DNA from: Alphaproteobacteria bacterium
Lineage (GTDB): Bacteria; Pseudomonadota; Alphaproteobacteria; VGDZ01
Length of the DNA stretch: 64,000 nt
NCBI GenBank assembly: GCA_016869515.1
Contig: VGDZ01000006.1
Span: 12,592 to 76,591, forward strand
Direction: 5' to 3'
The position numbers and the translations under genes are program-made. Positions 62,308-64,000 of the stretch are shown piece by piece; position 1 is the stretch's first letter; the number at the start of each line of letters is the position of its first letter. The notes below the pieces were generated by a model. It saw nothing but the letters and a program-made list of their open reading frames with translations, searched no databases and was not told where the DNA came from.

Positions 62308-63846
62308 TCAGAACCGCCACACTCCGAACACGCCGGCGGTGCGTTGAATGCCGTCCGAAGTCCGACTGGTGGTGTGGGCGAAACCGGCGCGCAGGCCGAT
62401 CTCGAATTCCGGGCTCGGTTCGTGCGACCAGGAGAGGTTGAACAGCGGGCCCTTGGCCGAAGTCAGAAAGTCGAGAGCATAGCCGCCGGTCACGGTCAGC
62501 CAGCTGTCGCTCGAATGATCCCAGCGCCATGCGACCTCGGTCGAGTGGGTGGCGCGCGAGCGCAAGTCGAGCGGCGCATAGGAAGCGCGCGCGGTATCGA
62601 AGCGCTCCTGCCGGCGCGGCACCCATTCGTTGTCGGCGATGTAGCCGAGCGAGATCTCGTGGCCGCCGCCCGAATACATGGTCCGCCGCAGTGCCGCCAG
62701 CGCGCGCCAGGAATCGGCCACGTTCTGGTCGTCGCGCACGCCGTAGCGCCGCCGTCCGCCGCCCGCGGTCAGGGACCAGACCTCGGCGAAGCTTTGCTGA
62801 TGTTGGATTTCGAGCTTGTCGACCGTGCCGCCATCGGCCAGGCCCTGGACGATGTCCCAATAGGGCTCGTGATAGGAGGCGGTAAAGCGAGTCTCCCGTC
62901 CCGGCGCGCGTTCGACATGTTCCGCGCCGAGGCCATAGACGTCGCGCGCGCCGAAGGCGCGGATGCGGCTCTGCCCGCCCTCGGTGGTGAAGACGCCGGC
63001 GTTGAGCTCGACCTGGACGTTTTCGTCCGAACGCGAGCCGAGCCGGCCGTCGATCCGCCGCAGCGAGCGCGTATGCAAGGTGCGATGCTCGGCCTTGAAT
63101 CCGATCTCGCGCTCGGCGTCCGGGTAGGCGAAGCCGGCGACTTTGTCGATTGCCTGGCGATCGGCGCCGTGGACCTTCTGATAGCCGAGATCGGCCTTGA
63201 CCTGGGTCTGGCGATCGCGGGCCAGCCGGCGGCGGGCCGCGGCCAGCTCGGGATTGGCGGGATCGGCCTTGATCGCGGTGTCGAGATCGGCCAAAGCGGC
63301 CGCGTACCGACCGCTTTGCTCGTTGAGGCCGGCGCGCTGCGCCAGCACGTCGGCTTCGGGCGGGCGGCCGACGATCAGGCCGTCGAGCACGATGCGGGCT
63401 TCGCCCGGCTGACCGCTTTCGGCCAGCATGCGGGCACGAAGCTGATCGAGCCGGCGCCGGGCGGCGTCGTCGCCAGTGGCCTGGGCGCCGGCCGGAAGCA
63501 AGGCGACCGATACGGCAATCCGGTTCAGGCGTTGATCGACCGCGAACCGCGCCGGGCCCGCGGCCCGAATCAACACCGTGTCATAGCCCGTGCCTATGGC
63601 TTCCAAGACCGGCGGCAAGGCGCGCTGCAGCGCGGCGAAGGCGGTTCCGTCAACCGCGCCGCGATAGGTGATCAGGATTTCGCGGCTGTTCAATTCGGCC
63701 CAGCGCGTCACCTCGATCGGCGATTCGATCGCCAAGTCGAGCCGACTCGGCTCCGAGCGCTCGACCGTCGCCCGCCACGCGGTTTGCGCCAGGGCGGCGC
63801 CGACCGTCATCCCCAAGCCCAGCCCGACCCAAAACCGCCATCTCAT
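62308..63846 (-). CDS. pelB: outer-membrane TPR plus beta-barrel protein, resembling the PelB C-terminal half
   Basis: 512-aa protein. Signal peptide MRWRFWVGLGLGMTVGAALAQ, TPR-like N-terminal region, beta-strand-rich C-terminus ending with the aromatic ...GVFGVWRF. Confidence 0.6.
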   Translation of the reverse strand: MRWRFWVGLGLGMTVGAALAQTAWRATVERSEPSRLDLAIESPIEVTRWAELNSREILITYRGAVDGTAFAALQRALPPVLEAIGTGYDTVLIRAAGPARFAVDQRLNRIAVSVALLPAGAQATGDDAARRRLDQLRARMLAESGQPGEARIVLDGLIVGRPPEADVLAQRAGLNEQSGRYAAALADLDTAIKADPANPELAAARRRLARDRQTQVKADLGYQKVHGADRQAIDKVAGFAYPDAEREIGFKAEHRTLHTRSLRRIDGRLGSRSDENVQVELNAGVFTTEGGQSRIRAFGARDVYGLGAEHVERAPGRETRFTASYHEPYWDIVQGLADGGTVDKLEIQHQQSFAEVWSLTAGGGRRRYGVRDDQNVADSWRALAALRRTMYSGGGHEISLGYIADNEWVPRRQERFDTARASYAPLDLRSRATHSTEVAWRWDHSSDSWLTVTGGYALDFLTSAKGPLFNLSWSHEPSPEFEIGLRAGFAHTTSRTSDGIQRTAGVFGVWRF

Positions 63847-63897
63847 GCGAATCGTACCCCACCGTCCCGGACATTAAGCCGTGCTTTCAAGTCATTG

Positions 63898-64000
63898 ACC
63901 AGTCAGCATTTGACGAGCTTCGGCGGTGCGGCCGGCATCGAGCAGTGCGGCGACGTAATCGGCCCGCAGCGAGGCATCGCGCGGCCGCTCCTCGACCAGA
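63898..64000 (-). CDS. 3' end of a TPR-containing gene (possibly the PelB N-terminal TPR portion); truncated by the window
   Basis: Minus-frame translation ...DASLRADYVAALLDAGRTAEARQMLTGQ*. Only ~34 codons are visible. Confidence 0.35.

Overview
High-GC (~65-68%) alphaproteobacterial chromosome segment, Rhodospirillaceae-like, with dense, mostly confident gene calls. Most large ORFs in the supplied track are wrong-frame artefacts of the GC content; the real genes were picked by protein-family recognition. In coordinate order the window holds: a partial ATM1-like ABC exporter, rnd, aspS, tRNA-Phe, and the conserved infA-maf-rng-yacG run. It continues with the conserved alphaproteobacterial block LMW-PTP / UPF0262 / hisD / short hisG / DUF2948 / murA. 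Next comes a compact denitrification locus: a NirF-like beta-propeller, a frameshifted cupredoxin, a NirT-NirB fused c-type cytochrome, and cd1 nitrite reductase nirS with an FNR/NnrR-type box. It lies beside tRNA-Thr. Then follow livJ plus a small membrane protein plus livFGMH, a receiver/Hpt phosphorelay pair, pxpBCA plus nadK, and an IorAB-type (2Fe-2S + molybdopterin) oxidoreductase nested in a TctC/TctC-TctB-TctA transporter locus. After that: an ICMT/MddA-like membrane methyltransferase, a peptide ABC importer (dppA-B-C plus fused D/F ATPase), a GT-C membrane protein with a SAM methyltransferase and an ArnC-like GT2, and asd. A lower-GC accessory islet carries a pentapeptide-repeat membrane protein, VapBC and a HigB/HigA-like module. 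The window ends with ridA, a CxxC lipoprotein, a GT2, a carotenoid-cleavage-type dioxygenase with a double-PAS MCP and two tiny paralogous ORFs upstream, a stand-alone cNMP-binding protein, and a Pel exopolysaccharide cluster (pelB-like/D/E/F/G) with an apparently split PelB and a frameshifted pelE. Five copies of a ~130-bp two-hairpin, GANTC-rich, MITE/REP-like intergenic repeat family are scattered through the window. No CRISPR array, integrase, transposase or rRNA was seen. Three apparent frameshifts sit in or near G-runs, so indel errors in the assembly are possible.
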